NCBI GenBank assembly: GCA_963806185.1
Contig: CAWDXE010000003.1
Coordinates: 224,001-288,000, forward strand
Direction of reading: 5' to 3'
Origin: an uncultured candidate division Zixibacteria bacterium
Lineage (GTDB): Bacteria; Zixibacteria; MSB-5A5; GN15; FEB-12
DNA length: 64,000 nt
Below, piece by piece: positions 38,236 through 49,371 of this stretch; the first letter of the stretch is position 1, and each line of letters begins with the position of its first letter. A model generated the notes under the pieces. That model ran no database searches, was not told the DNA's origin, and saw nothing but the letters and a program-made list of their open reading frames with translations. The position numbers and the translations under genes were made by a program.

Positions 38236-39201
38236 TTACTCCATAAACTCGCCCATGCGGCGATACTTGGCCAGACGTTCTTCAAGCAGGCGATCAATCG
38301 GGATCGCCGTCAGTTCGCGCAAAGCTGCTACCAATTCCCCTTTGAGTGCCATAGCGGCGGTAGCCGGATCGTTGTGCGCCCCGTTGGCCGGTTCAGGAAT
38401 GATCTTATCGATTATGCGCAGTTTCATCAAATCGTCGGATGTCACTTTCAGCGCTTCCGCCGCCTCCGGCGCCTTCGCGGCATCGCGCCACAATATTGCC
38501 GCACATCCCTCGGGTGAAATGACCGAATACCAGGAATGCTCCAGCATGTAGACGCGATCGCCGATGCCGATGCCGAGCGCACCGCCCGACGCTCCTTCGC
38601 CGATGATGGCGACGATAATCGGCACCCGGATCCGAAACATCACCTGGATATTCTTCGCGATCGCCTCCGCTTGGCCACGTTCTTCTGCACCGATACCGGG
38701 AAATGCGCCCGGCGTATCGATGAGGATGAGGATCGGAACATTGAACTTCTCAGCAAGATAGAAGAGACGACGCGCTTTCCGATATCCTTCCGGGTGGGCC
38801 ATACCGAAGTTGCGAAAGAGCTTCTGTTTGGTATCGCGTCCCTTCTGCTGTCCTACCACCATGACCGGTTGCTCATCGATTCGGGCGAAGCCGCCCACGA
38901 TCGCCTTGTCGTCGGCGAAACCACGGTCGCCGTGCAATTCGATGAAGTCAGTCATGATGAGATTGATGTAGTCGAGAGTATAGGGGCGTTTGGGATGACG
39001 GGAAATCTGAACCTGCTGCCAGCGACTGAGATTGGAATAAATCTCCTCGCGGAGACGCTCCAGTTTCTCCTGAAGCGAAGCGATCTCGGACGTAAGCTGG
39101 ATATTCTCACCGGCAGAAAAATCCCGCATATCGGAGATTTTCTTTTCCAGTTCTACCAGCGGACGTTCGAATTCCAAATACGATCCCTCACCTAGGGCCA
39201 T
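38236..39201 (-). CDS. accA: Acetyl-CoA carboxylase carboxyltransferase alpha
   Basis: [39 protein letters not shown]. Confidence 0.96.
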   Translation of the reverse strand: MALGEGSYLEFERPLVELEKKISDMRDFSAGENIQLTSEIASLQEKLERLREEIYSNLSRWQQVQISRHPKRPYTLDYINLIMTDFIELHGDRGFADDKAIVGGFARIDEQPVMVVGQQKGRDTKQKLFRNFGMAHPEGYRKARRLFYLAEKFNVPILILIDTPGAFPGIGAEERGQAEAIAKNIQVMFRIRVPIIVAIIGEGASGGALGIGIGDRVYMLEHSWYSVISPEGCAAILWRDAAKAPEAAEALKVTSDDLMKLRIIDKIIPEPANGAHNDPATAAMALKGELVAALRELTAIPIDRLLEERLAKYRRMGEFME

Positions 39202-39217
39202 ACGCTTGCCTCGTGGG

Positions 39218-40304
39218 TCAGACGTTGGTTGTGTCCGGATCGGATGATTCGGGCCGTCGGGACCGGCTGACACCGGCCATAAAGATAAAGAATGCCACGG
39301 AAATTACAACCATAAAAAGGATCAATAGTCCGCTGACCAGCACCCGATTCCAAAAGAACATAGCCAGCGTAAATAGCCCAAAGACAACGGATAAGAGGTA
39401 GAAAATGTAGACTACTCGACTCGGCGATAATCCGGCCAAAGTCAAGTAGTGGAACAGGTGCCGACGATCGGCTCGCATGACGTTCTTGCCGGTCACGAGC
39501 CGCCGGGAAAAGGCGATGACCGCCTCCATGAGCGGTACCCCCGCGGCAATCAGCGGCAAGTAGAGCGCGGCGGCCGTGTAAGACTTCAGTCGCATGAGCA
39601 GCGAGATGACCGCAAAGTAATAGCCGATCTGGAGAGCTCCTGAATCACCCAGAAAAATGCGGGCCGGATACCGGTTGTAGCGGAGAAAGACTGCCAGGAA
39701 ACCGATCATCGCACCCGTCACCGCGAGCACTGGACTGTTGCCGTAGAGCAGGCCGACACCGGAGAGAGTTAGCGCCGCAATCAAGGATACTCCGGCCGCC
39801 AGCCCGTCGAGTCCGTCGATGATATTCACCGCATTAGTTAGACCAACCACCCATCCGATCGTGATAAGCACCGACCAGCCGCCGGCGCTGACTTCGCCGA
39901 CGAATGGGACGGATATCGGATCAATCTGCACTCCCCCGACGTACAGCAAGAAGCCGATGGCTATCTCCACCAGTAGTTTTGTCCAGGCGGACAGCGGACG
40001 GACGTCGTCGATAAAACCGACAATCAGAATCATGACCGCACCCAGGAGTATGAACGGCAGCGATTCTCCCTGGAAGGCGAAAATTTTCGGGAAGACCAGC
40101 AAGGTGACGCCGAGTGTGATCCAGAGAATCAGGAATAACGACAAGCCGCCAAGAAAGGGCACGGGGTGTTTGTGTCGCTTATGCTTGCCCGGCCGGTCGA
40201 GCAATTGGAATCGGTGACCGAGACGAATAGCCAGAGGAACACCGCACAGCCGCCAGTGCAAGACTCAGAAGCAAGGCGAGAAGAAACGGCCCCACAAACG
40301 TCAT
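39218..40304 (-). CDS. WecA/TagO-like (MraY/GT4 family) undecaprenyl-phosphate sugar-1-P transferase; one frameshift near 40250
   Basis: [26 protein letters not shown]; the N-terminal TM ([13 protein letters not shown]) is in another frame starting at ATG 40304. Confidence 0.85.
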
Positions 40305-41185
40305 CGCGACTTTCCCGAAAGCATCATTGTCATACAGGCGACAAGATAGTTGCCGGCAAGCAGGAACGGAAGGACCATGATGGTGAACCCATTGGGAAGA
40401 TGTTTCAGGAAATAGCGCCAGACCGAATGGTGGTGATACCATTGCCGCCGCCAGATGTTCGCTTTCCCCCCCTGCCACCAGAGGTGAACTCCCCCCACGG
40501 AAGGAGCGAACAGATTCTGATATCCCGCCTGGGTCAGACGCAGCGATAGATCGGTATCTTCCATGTACATGAAGAATCGAGGATCAAAACCACCGAGCTG
40601 CAGGAACAACGCCCGGCGAATGACCGCAAAGGTGGCTGAGGCCGCAGGGACGACCGTTACCTCGCGGTAATCGGGCAGCGTATAGACGGTACTTCGGGAA
40701 GTACGGAGGCCGAGCAACCCAGAGAGCGCCGAACCGCGCGAGAAGAGGATGTTGTTCGGCTGAGGAAACCTCCGGCACGTGGGCTGAAAGCGTCCGTCGG
40801 CATACCTCACTCGAGCCGAGACCAGGCCGACCTGCGGTCGATCTCGTAGGAGGGGGGCGCAATTGCGCAAGGCATCAGGATCCACCAGCACGTCAGGATT
40901 GAGGAAGCAGAGCATTTCGCCACGGCTCGTTTGGGCCGCAATATTGCAGGCGACAGCGAAGCCGAGGTTGGAAATATTCTTGATGATGACGGCGTCCGGG
41001 AAATAGTCATGGACGGTCGCCAGTGAGGAATCGGTGGAACCATTGTCGACGACAATCAGTTCGCAATCCGCTCCCGACCGGGCAGCCGCCAACGAATTCA
41101 GGCAACCCTCCAAGGCAGGCAGGGAATTGTAGGTAACGATGATGATCGAGAGCGTATGAGCGTTGGAGTCAGCCAAGGGGATCAA
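40301..41185 (-). CDS. Glycosyltransferase family 2
   Basis: IIIVTYNS, VVDNGSTD, NLGFA..CN, FLNPD, FFMYMEDTD. Confidence 0.92.
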   Translation of the reverse strand: MIPLADSNAHTLSIIIVTYNSLPALEGCLNSLAAARSGADCELIVVDNGSTDSSLATVHDYFPDAVIIKNISNLGFAVACNIAAQTSRGEMLCFLNPDVLVDPDALRNCAPLLRDRPQVGLVSARVRYADGRFQPTCRRFPQPNNILFSRGSALSGLLGLRTSRSTVYTLPDYREVTVVPAASATFAVIRRALFLQLGGFDPRFFMYMEDTDLSLRLTQAGYQNLFAPSVGGVHLWWQGGKANIWRRQWYHHHSVWRYFLKHLPNGFTIMVLPFLLAGNYLVACMTMMLSGKSR

Positions 41186-41910
41186 TTCAGCTTGCCAAAC
41201 ATCGATTTTATGCGCAACAGCCAGACCAGCCAGATCGCTTCGCGCATGATCTTCTTGGACATTTTCGACGTTCCGGCGATCCGGTCAACAAAGATGATCG
41301 GAATTTCCTTGATCTTGAATCCCTTTTTCCATGCGCGCATCGACATTTCAATCTGGAAAACGTAGCCAGTGCCGTGAACCTCGTCAAGATTGATCGCCTC
41401 GAGCACTTCGCGACGAAAGCACTTGAATCCGCCGGTCGCGTCGCGCAGCGGCAGGCCGGTCACAATGCGAGTGTAAGCGTTGGCGAAATACGAAAGCAAC
41501 AGGCGGCTCATCGGCCAATTGATGACGTTCACGCCCGAGATGTACCGAGATCCTATCACCACATCGTATTGCTGAATTTCGCGTAGGAAATCGCGCAAGT
41601 ACTCCGGACCATGGGAGAAGTCGGCATCCATTTCGAAGATATAATCGAAGCCATTCTCGATTGCCCATTTGAAGCCGGCGATGTACGCTTTGCCGAGACC
41701 CTCCTTCTTGGTGCGATGGAGAACCTTGACCTTGGCTTCGTTGGCGGCCAATCGGTCGGCGATCTGACCCGTACCGTCGGGAGAATTATCGTCCACAATC
41801 AGCACATGAATGCGAGCGTCGAGCGGCAGAACCGCGTGAACGATCTTTTCGATATTGTCTTTCTCGTTGTAGGTCGGGAAGATAATAAGTGCTCGCTTTG
41901 CCTGCGTCAT
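41182..41910 (-). CDS. Polyprenol monophosphomannose synthase (GT2)
   Basis: PTYNE, VDDNSPDGT, EMDADFSH, DATGGFKCFR. Confidence 0.92.
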   Translation of the reverse strand: MTQAKRALIIFPTYNEKDNIEKIVHAVLPLDARIHVLIVDDNSPDGTGQIADRLAANEAKVKVLHRTKKEGLGKAYIAGFKWAIENGFDYIFEMDADFSHGPEYLRDFLREIQQYDVVIGSRYISGVNVINWPMSRLLLSYFANAYTRIVTGLPLRDATGGFKCFRREVLEAINLDEVHGTGYVFQIEMSMRAWKKGFKIKEIPIIFVDRIAGTSKMSKKIMREAIWLVWLLRIKSMFGKLN

Positions 41911-44363
41911 GCCTTCACCTCAGTTGCGTTCGAATTCAGTTTGCGACGCCGGCTCAGGAAAAGCGAAACGCCGCACACTCCGATAATATACAAAGTTGCC
42001 AGCCACGTAATCGTTCGAGCGGTCGAATATCGGCTCGATTGAAACCACATTTTCACTTCATGGGCACCGGCCGGGACTGCCACTGCTCGATAGGCCCCGT
42101 ACGCCCGGAGCAACTTGGCCGGTTGACCGTCCACAGTCACGTGCCAGGCATCGTACCATACATCGGTTAGAACAAGTAGTTTATTAGCCGAGGCTTGCAC
42201 GCCAATCGCGAGGTCATCATCATGATACGACGTAAACCAGGCGGAATCGGTGCTGTTTGCCGAAGCAGCGATCGGGAGCGGCGGTTCTTCCTCAAGATAG
42301 ACTATGTGGCGAAGCGAATCGCCGCCTTTCATAATCTCTGGATAGATCTGTGAGCGATCAGGGAATACCGTGTACCGATCGGCCAGAAAAACACGCGGGA
42401 AAGCGTTATCGTTACGAATAATGTTCGCTCCACGATACGTCTGCTCAGTGACGAGCGGAAGGTCGCCGAACGCTCCACTCGGAATTGTCTGCGCGCCTGA
42501 ATTCATGATGTATCTGACGCCGGACAAGTTCAGGAAGCGCGGGTTGTAGAGGTTCTTGAGTTCCATGCCGCCAAGAAGGTCGTCATACCAGCGCAACTGG
42601 TTGCCATGGTAGCCGACGACAACGGGAATATGGTGATACGGCAGGACGGTTGATTTTGGATTTGTCAGATCGAGCACTCGTTCCTGGTTGGCGTCGTGCT
42701 GCTTGAAGAACTGAACCGAGGGCGTCTCGCCCCAGATTTCCTTCGGGTCGGTGACACTGACAAAACGGCTGTTGAAGCGAATACCATCCACGACCGGCAG
42801 CGCGACGACCACCAGCAGAATAGCTACGCCGGCTTTCCTCTCACGATACAGCCATATGCAGACTGCAGCTATGGCTACGAAGAAGAATGCGATCCAGGCA
42901 CCGGGCTTCACCGCGGCGAGATTGGCATACGCGGCGTCGAGTCGGGTGGCATTCTGCCCATAGGGCGTCGTTGCAGCGCTACTGTAGAAGATCGACGTCC
43001 AGAGATCAATTACGCTCTTCCCGGCCGCGCTGAAAAGCAACGCGAGAACCAGCAAAAACACCGGAAATCCCCATAGCAGGTAGTTGAACTTCTTGTGCGG
43101 CGCGGCGTTTTTGTCGCGTGAATTGATGACGTACTGCAACCCCATCCCGGAAAGCAGCGCCGCTGAGAAGGAAAAGAGAAACATGATGATCGCGGGACCG
43201 CGCAGCGTGTCTACCTTGGGAATAACGGCGAAAAATAACCGGAAGAACGGTGTTGTCGCGCCCAGGGCGTAGATTAACGCAAACAAACCCAGTCCAAGAA
43301 AGAACCAGGATTCCTTGCGGCGCCAAAAAATGATACCGAGCAGCGCGCCGAAGATGGCGATGGCGCCAACCGATTCTGAATTGTCTTTGAAAGCGTTCTT
43401 TCCCCAGTACACAGTATCGTTACGATCGGTGTTGGCGCCGGCAAATTCCGGGATCAGCATGCCCATCGCCTCTTCCTCGTGCATCGACCAGGAGATGGCC
43501 CAGTCCCATCCTTTCTTGGCGTCGGCCCGGGGAGAGAATTGGGTCGTGTAGGTGTAGCCGGGGAGGAACTGTATGGCCGAAATCAGCAGACCCAGTACTA
43601 CGGCATATACGCAGAGCGAGCCAGGGATAACGGCTTTGACGATATTCCCTGTCTCACGCCACCTGACAATCATCTTGAAAATCGTGTATGCGGCAAGCGC
43701 CCAGAGTGCGAAATAGGCCATTTGCGCGTGCGGTGTGAGAATAATCAGGCCCACGATCAGGCCAAGCAGCGTAAAATTCAGAAGTGGTCTCTGCTCAAAA
43801 CCGCGATCGAGGAACAAGATGGCAAAGGGAAAAAGCGCTGTCACAAAGAGCTTGCCGTCGTGGCCGGGAGAGACAAACGAAACGAAGTAGGCCGCAAACA
43901 TATAACAGCAGGCGGCCAGTAATGAGGCAACCTTGGACAACTTGAATTGCCGCGCCGCCGCGTACATCGCAATGCCGGCAAGAAAGATATGCAGGATGAA
44001 TTCCCACCCGAGAGCGCGGTGCATCGGCAGCAGGTATTTCAACGGGAAGGACAGCGGGTAGAAAATGTCGCCGTTGAACGCCTCCACATAGGGCAAGCCA
44101 CCAAACATATAGGGGAGCCATTGCGGAACATGGCCTTCAGCCTTCAGCTGCTCGATGTAAAAGTGCCGAACGAAATACCCTTCCTGGATCAAGTCCGAAC
44201 CGTGAAGCATCTTATCGGAGAAGACAAAGCTGCTGAAGAGCACCATCAGCGCGAGAAAGATAACGATGAATGCGACCGGCGTGAAATAGGGCGCACGCTC
44301 AGGATCAAAGCCACCTGACCTGGCGGTCGATGGTCGCGACGTCGTTCGAGTTGATTTGGCCAA
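41907..44363 (-). CDS. YfhO-family GT-C membrane protein
   Basis: Many TM helices, PQWLPYMFGG.P N-terminal loop, C-terminal W...VDG...RAYGAYRAVAVPAGAHEV. Confidence 0.85.
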   Translation of the reverse strand: MAKSTRTTSRPSTARSGGFDPERAPYFTPVAFIVIFLALMVLFSSFVFSDKMLHGSDLIQEGYFVRHFYIEQLKAEGHVPQWLPYMFGGLPYVEAFNGDIFYPLSFPLKYLLPMHRALGWEFILHIFLAGIAMYAAARQFKLSKVASLLAACCYMFAAYFVSFVSPGHDGKLFVTALFPFAILFLDRGFEQRPLLNFTLLGLIVGLIILTPHAQMAYFALWALAAYTIFKMIVRWRETGNIVKAVIPGSLCVYAVVLGLLISAIQFLPGYTYTTQFSPRADAKKGWDWAISWSMHEEEAMGMLIPEFAGANTDRNDTVYWGKNAFKDNSESVGAIAIFGALLGIIFWRRKESWFFLGLGLFALIYALGATTPFFRLFFAVIPKVDTLRGPAIIMFLFSFSAALLSGMGLQYVINSRDKNAAPHKKFNYLLWGFPVFLLVLALLFSAAGKSVIDLWTSIFYSSAATTPYGQNATRLDAAYANLAAVKPGAWIAFFFVAIAAVCIWLYRERKAGVAILLVVVALPVVDGIRFNSRFVSVTDPKEIWGETPSVQFFKQHDANQERVLDLTNPKSTVLPYHHIPVVVGYHGNQLRWYDDLLGGMELKNLYNPRFLNLSGVRYIMNSGAQTIPSGAFGDLPLVTEQTYRGANIIRNDNAFPRVFLADRYTVFPDRSQIYPEIMKGGDSLRHIVYLEEEPPLPIAASANSTDSAWFTSYHDDDLAIGVQASANKLLVLTDVWYDAWHVTVDGQPAKLLRAYGAYRAVAVPAGAHEVKMWFQSSRYSTARTITWLATLYIIGVCGVSLFLSRRRKLNSNATEVKA

Positions 44364-44381
44364 GGTAACTCCAAAGCTTCG

Positions 44382-45314
44382 CTATTTTCTGATAGCCACC
44401 GACAATGCGGCGGCCGTGGCATCGATGGCTACCGTCCACAGTCGTTGCAATATGGCGACAGCCCCGGCAATCGGGCCGATGAACGGCGCCAGCATGGCGG
44501 TGAGCACAAGTTCTCTCGGTCCCATACCACCAGGCGTGAAAATGGCCAGATAGCCAATCTGATACGCGCCGTTAAACATGCCAATGGCAGCCCACAGACC
44601 AGGCGCTTTGTCTCCGACCACAGCAACCAGGAACACCCAGAACGCCAGACCATAGGTCAGCCACGCAAGAACATATAATACAGCAGCTTTGCAGGCAACC
44701 CCTTTGTCCATCGCCCAGACCACCTCGGGTCGCGAGGTGAATCGCCGAAGGAAATAATTGCCTACGCGAAGAAAGTGCCGCGGCCAGACAACTATGGCAA
44801 TACAGACCAGCATCAACGCCAATACGATGGCCCAGGTTATCCAGGAGCCGCTCTGTTTGGTGACCGTCTCGATAGATATGCGAGGATCAATGATTCCGGC
44901 GCCAAAGAACACGAGAAACGACGTCGGCAGGCTGAATAATTGGAAGATAAAGAATGATGCCGTCGCCTCCTCCACCGTGACTCCCCTCTGCCGGGCAAGA
45001 TAGATCATGCCGAACATCTGCCAGATGCGTCCCGGGACATACCGCCCCAGATTGGACATGTACATCGTTTTGAAGGCCCACGTGTTGGACATGCTTCGGC
45101 CAAACCCGGCGATAATGAGATTCCACCCGACCGCCATGAGCGAAAATGCGGCCACACCGAGCACTATACCAACGATCAGGAGAAACCAGTTCACCTGCCA
45201 CGGGAATGTGGCGATCTGCGACCAGTTGCTGGTGACTTGACGGATGAGGAAATAGAGCACCGCCAGAGTGAGAAGGATTTTGACTATCCGGATGAGAGCG
45301 GGCTTTAGGTTCAT
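44382..45314 (-). CDS. Lysylphosphatidylglycerol-synthase TM domain / flippase-like protein
   Basis: SNLGRYVPG and TPGGMGPRE motifs; polytopic. Confidence 0.85.
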   Translation of the reverse strand: MNLKPALIRIVKILLTLAVLYFLIRQVTSNWSQIATFPWQVNWFLLIVGIVLGVAAFSLMAVGWNLIIAGFGRSMSNTWAFKTMYMSNLGRYVPGRIWQMFGMIYLARQRGVTVEEATASFFIFQLFSLPTSFLVFFGAGIIDPRISIETVTKQSGSWITWAIVLALMLVCIAIVVWPRHFLRVGNYFLRRFTSRPEVVWAMDKGVACKAAVLYVLAWLTYGLAFWVFLVAVVGDKAPGLWAAIGMFNGAYQIGYLAIFTPGGMGPRELVLTAMLAPFIGPIAGAVAILQRLWTVAIDATAAALSVAIRK

Positions 45315-45344
45315 GCGTAAACGCCGGGCCGGAGTGTCCGGCTC

Positions 45345-46361
45345 TTAAGCGTCTTTCTTGTCGGATGGCCGTTGGAGTTCGTCGAGCAATCTCTGATTCT
45401 TCCTGCGCAAATCGCCGATTTCCTCGCGGAGCGAAGTCAAACCTTCGGATACAAACCCCATGGTGAAGAGACTCATGCCGAGGAAAGTCAGGAAGATGAC
45501 CAGGTACAGAAACGTTCGGTCGCCATCGCCGACAAAGTACCGGTGATAAATAGCGTAGCACCCGACGAGAAATGCCAGGAACATGAAAACACCGCCGGTC
45601 AGGCCGAAAAAGAGGAGTGGCTTACGAAGAAAGGTGAGCTGGAATTTCACCGCCAGCATATCCAGTACGCCTATCGGAATCCGCCATATTGAAAATTTTG
45701 ACGTTCCCCAGGAGCGCTCGTACAGCGGGATCTTCGCTTCTTCAACCCGATACCCCTCGTTGGCCGCCAGAACAACCAGATAGCGATGCCAGTCACGACG
45801 CAAAAAGATGTTCTTCACAATGTCTTTGCGAAACGCCTTGACCGAATTCAGATCGTGCACTTTCAGATTGAAGATCTTCCGCGACGCCCAATTGTAGACA
45901 CTGGACACAAATCGTTTGTTGTATTTCCCCTGCTTCCAACCGGTACATATATCCGCTCCGGCCGCAATCGGGGCAATCAGCTTGGGGATATCTTCCGGTT
46001 TGTACTGAAGGTCGGCCGGGTAGAAAACGTACACGTCGCCGGCCGCGATAGCGAACCCGGTTTGCAGGGCTTCGGTCAGGCCGCGGTTGCGATGATGCGA
46101 AGCGATCTTGATAAAGGTGTACTTGCGGGCATTTGCCGCCATTTTCTCGAGCGTTCCATCCGTAGAACCGTCGTCCACGTATATTAACTCGCCATCGAAT
46201 GGCGCAGTCTTCAGCATCTCGGCGAACTGGGAACAGAACTCGTCAATGTTCCCTTCCTCGTTCATGGCCGGGACGACCGTCGAAACAATGAAATCATACT
46301 TACCTGCCGGCTTTTGGGCGGCCAAGTCAGCGGGTGAAATCGGTCGGTCGGTCGGACGCAT
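45345..46361 (-). CDS. Glycosyltransferase family 2 with C-terminal TMs (ArnC/GtrB-like)
   Basis: VPAMNEE, VDDGSTDGT, ADLQY.PEDIP, two C-terminal TMs. Confidence 0.9.
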   Translation of the reverse strand: MRPTDRPISPADLAAQKPAGKYDFIVSTVVPAMNEEGNIDEFCSQFAEMLKTAPFDGELIYVDDGSTDGTLEKMAANARKYTFIKIASHHRNRGLTEALQTGFAIAAGDVYVFYPADLQYKPEDIPKLIAPIAAGADICTGWKQGKYNKRFVSSVYNWASRKIFNLKVHDLNSVKAFRKDIVKNIFLRRDWHRYLVVLAANEGYRVEEAKIPLYERSWGTSKFSIWRIPIGVLDMLAVKFQLTFLRKPLLFFGLTGGVFMFLAFLVGCYAIYHRYFVGDGDRTFLYLVIFLTFLGMSLFTMGFVSEGLTSLREEIGDLRRKNQRLLDELQRPSDKKDA

Positions 46362-46459
46362 GGTCAGTTTGCTTCTCTGCTTGTGGTTCTTGGACTTATA
46401 CAGCCTGATCGGCAGAAATGTACGGAAAGTTTGCCCTTGAGCAAGACGAAAAATTCGGT

Positions 46460-47119
46460 CTACAGGTCGAAATCGAGAACCGTCTCCGAGACCTCATCAG
46501 CCTGAATCAGGACCTTTCCCAACGGATCGACGACCATAGTTGAACCGCCAAAGACATTAGTTCCGTCGTCACCAACGCTGTTGATCCCTATCATATAGAC
46601 TTTGTTCTCCCGGGCACGCTCAACCAGAAGGTGTCGATAGTCATCAACGCGAACTTTCGGCCACGCCGCCGGGACAAATATCCATTTGGCGCCGGCCTGA
46701 GCCAGTCGGGCGTAAATATCCGGGAAGCGAAGGTCGTAACAGATGGAGACGCCGACGGTACCGAATTCGGCCTTCACAAGGCCGATCTCGGCTCCTGCTC
46801 GGTAGACTTTGTCCTCATTCATACCGGGGAACAGGTTGATCTTCTCGTAGATCTGATACAGCCCCTTGTGGTAGTACAGAAAGGCGTTGAACAGTGCACC
46901 AGTCCTGAGATAGGGGAACCCGGTCATTATTCGGAACGGATACGGCTTAAGCGATGCTAGAAGATCGTCAAAGGGGGTCACCGGCCGCGGCGTGTAGAGA
47001 GCACCTGAGGTCGCGAGTTCGCCAAAAACAATCAACTCCACATCCTGCTTGCCGGCCGCATCCAAATACGGCCGGTAGTCAGTGGAATTTACGTCCTTCT
47101 GAACCAATCGAACTTTCAT
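46460..47119 (-). CDS. Carbon-nitrogen hydrolase (nitrilase superfamily)
   Basis: FGEL, YEKINLF, ICYDLRFP, PAAW triad motifs; ATG overlaps the pyrC stop. Confidence 0.9.
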   Translation of the reverse strand: MKVRLVQKDVNSTDYRPYLDAAGKQDVELIVFGELATSGALYTPRPVTPFDDLLASLKPYPFRIMTGFPYLRTGALFNAFLYYHKGLYQIYEKINLFPGMNEDKVYRAGAEIGLVKAEFGTVGVSICYDLRFPDIYARLAQAGAKWIFVPAAWPKVRVDDYRHLLVERARENKVYMIGINSVGDDGTNVFGGSTMVVDPLGKVLIQADEVSETVLDFDL

Positions 47120-48432
47120 TTTGCCTCGTACACAACCCGGCCGTTGAGAATGGTGCGATACACCAGACCGGACAACTTCCAGCCGATAAACGGAGAGTTC
47201 TTGGATTTGGATTGGAAACGGTCGGCACGAACCGTCCACTTCCTGTCCGGGTCGATAATAGTAATATCGGCCGGGCTGCCCTCAGTCAAAGAGCCGCCGG
47301 GCAGATTGAAGATGCGGGCCGGGTTGACCGTCATTTTCCGTATCGCGTCACCCCAGTCGAGAATCCCCTTGTCAATGAGGTAGGTCTTCACCAGTCCGAG
47401 GGTCGTCTCCAGACCAATCATGCCGGACGGCGCCTGGTCGAACTCGCAGTCCTTGCTCTCGTCCGTGTGGGGAGCGTGGTCGGAGGCGATGCAGTCGATC
47501 GTTCCGTCGACCAGTCCTTCAATCACGGCGTCTACATCTTCGCGCGTACGCAGCGGCGGATTGACTTTCAGGCTGGTGTCGAACGCCTTGCCGATCTCTT
47601 CATCGGTGAGTACGAAGTGGTGCGGGCAGGCCTCAGTGGTGACGCTGATGCCCTCGCGTTTCGCCTGACGGACCGCTTCGATCGCCCGACGAGTGGTAAT
47701 GTGCTGGATGTGCAGACGGGCTCCAGTGATACGGCAGAGGGCGATATCGCGAAGCACTGCGATTTCTTCCGCGACCGCCGGAGAACCCTTCACCCCCAGT
47801 TTACTCGACTCGAACGACTCATTCATTACTCCTGAGCCGACAAGGAACTGGTCCTCGGCATGCTGCATAACCGGAATGTTGAACATTCTCGAGTATTCCA
47901 GCGCCCGCCGCATGATTTCAGGATTCTGAACGTAGAAACCGTCATCGGTAATCGAAACGACGCCGACGCCGACCAGATCGCCGATTTCGGACAATTCCTT
48001 GCCCTCGATATTCTTCGTCATCGCGCCCACGACAAACACGCGGGCATCAGCGTTCTTGGCGCGGTCCTGCACAAACTTCACCGTTTCCTGATTGTCGATG
48101 CGAGGATGCGTATTCGGCATGCAGAGCACCGAGGTGAACCCGCCGGCTGCGGCGGCCCGGCAGCCGGACTCGACAGTTTCGGCCGATTCCCGCCCAGGTT
48201 CGCGCAGATGTACGTGGCAATCGATAAGACCGGGCGTGACAAGCTTTCCTTTGGCATCGATAATACAATCATCGGGTACGCGCGCCAACGCTTTTTCGAG
48301 TGCGGCCGATTCCGTTTCGATACCGGCAATCTTGCCGTCACGGATGAGCACGCACGCGTCGCTGGAGAAGCCAAGTGCCGGATCGATGACCCGACCGTTC
48401 TTGATGACCAGATCATAGTTTTGCGTTGCCAT
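47116..48432 (-). CDS. pyrC: Dihydroorotase
   Basis: PGLIDCHVHLREPG, MPNT, KVNPPLR, ASDHAPH. Confidence 0.94.
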   Translation of the reverse strand: MATQNYDLVIKNGRVIDPALGFSSDACVLIRDGKIAGIETESAALEKALARVPDDCIIDAKGKLVTPGLIDCHVHLREPGRESAETVESGCRAAAAGGFTSVLCMPNTHPRIDNQETVKFVQDRAKNADARVFVVGAMTKNIEGKELSEIGDLVGVGVVSITDDGFYVQNPEIMRRALEYSRMFNIPVMQHAEDQFLVGSGVMNESFESSKLGVKGSPAVAEEIAVLRDIALCRITGARLHIQHITTRRAIEAVRQAKREGISVTTEACPHHFVLTDEEIGKAFDTSLKVNPPLRTREDVDAVIEGLVDGTIDCIASDHAPHTDESKDCEFDQAPSGMIGLETTLGLVKTYLIDKGILDWGDAIRKMTVNPARIFNLPGGSLTEGSPADITIIDPDRKWTVRADRFQSKSKNSPFIGWKLSGLVYRTILNGRVVYEAK

Positions 48433-49371
48433 TACTCTTCCCCTTCCTCTTTGCGCCCCGACAGAAGATACAGCACCGCCATACGCACTGCCTGACCGTT
48501 GGTAACCTGCTCCAGAATGACCGATTTGTCGCTGTCGGCGACCTCGCTGGTGATTTCCACGCCCCGATTCATCGGCCCGGGATGCATGATGGTGTAATTC
48601 TTGTTCAACCGCCCCAGCCGGTCTTTCGTAATCCCGAACAGATTGGTGTATTCGCGCTGCGACGGGAACAGACCCTGACTGTTGGCGCTCAAGCTGGATA
48701 CGCATGATGTTCACCACATCCGCACCATCCAGCGCTTCGTCGAGATTCGTGTAAATGTCGCAGCCAAAGCGCTCCGCATCGGCGGGAATGAGAGTCGACG
48801 GTCCGCAGAGGGCAACCGACGCCCCCATGGTTTTGAGACCCCAAATGTTGGAACGAGTGACACGCGAGTGTTTGACGTCGCCAACCAGCACGACCCGGAG
48901 GCCGTCAAGCTTCTTGTACTTTCGGCGAATGGTGAACATGTCGAGCAAGCCCTGAGTGGGGTGCTCGTGGGCGCCGTCACCGGCGTTAATGATATTTGCT
49001 TCCATGCATTGGGTGAGGTAATACGGGACACCGGCCGATTGGTGGCGTACAACGACCATGTCGATTTTCATCGCTTCGATGTTCTGCACGGTGTCGCGGA
49101 GGGACTCCCCTTTTTTCACCGAAGAGGTCGCGGCCGTGAAGTTGACGCTGTCGGCGGAGAGACGCTTCTGCGCCAGCTCAAAGGAAATGCGCGTGCGCGT
49201 CGAAGGCTCGTAAAACAGATTGAGCACGGTTATGCCCCGAAGCGTCGGCAGTTTCTTGATGGTCCGGTCGAGCACCTCGCGGAACGACTCCGCCGTATCA
49301 AGAATGAGCTGTATGTCCTGCTTAGGGACACCTTCCAGCCCGAGCAGGTGACGGGACGAAAGTCGGCTCAT
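48432..49371 (-). CDS. pyrB: Aspartate carbamoyltransferase catalytic subunit; one extra base near 48674
   Basis: [20 protein letters not shown]; the C-terminal [11 protein letters not shown]...QVTNG lies in the adjacent frame. Confidence 0.93.

Noticed and set aside
40245..40304. Programmed frameshift or phase variation in the wecA-like gene
   Set aside because: No slippery sequence or long homopolymer; it fits the indel errors seen elsewhere.
47116..49371. Apparent 751-aa PyrB-PyrC fusion (CAD-like) in the ORF track
   Set aside because: The junction is out-of-frame text. The true PyrB C-terminus (HPGPMNRG) is in the adjacent frame and one extra G at 48673-48675 explains it.
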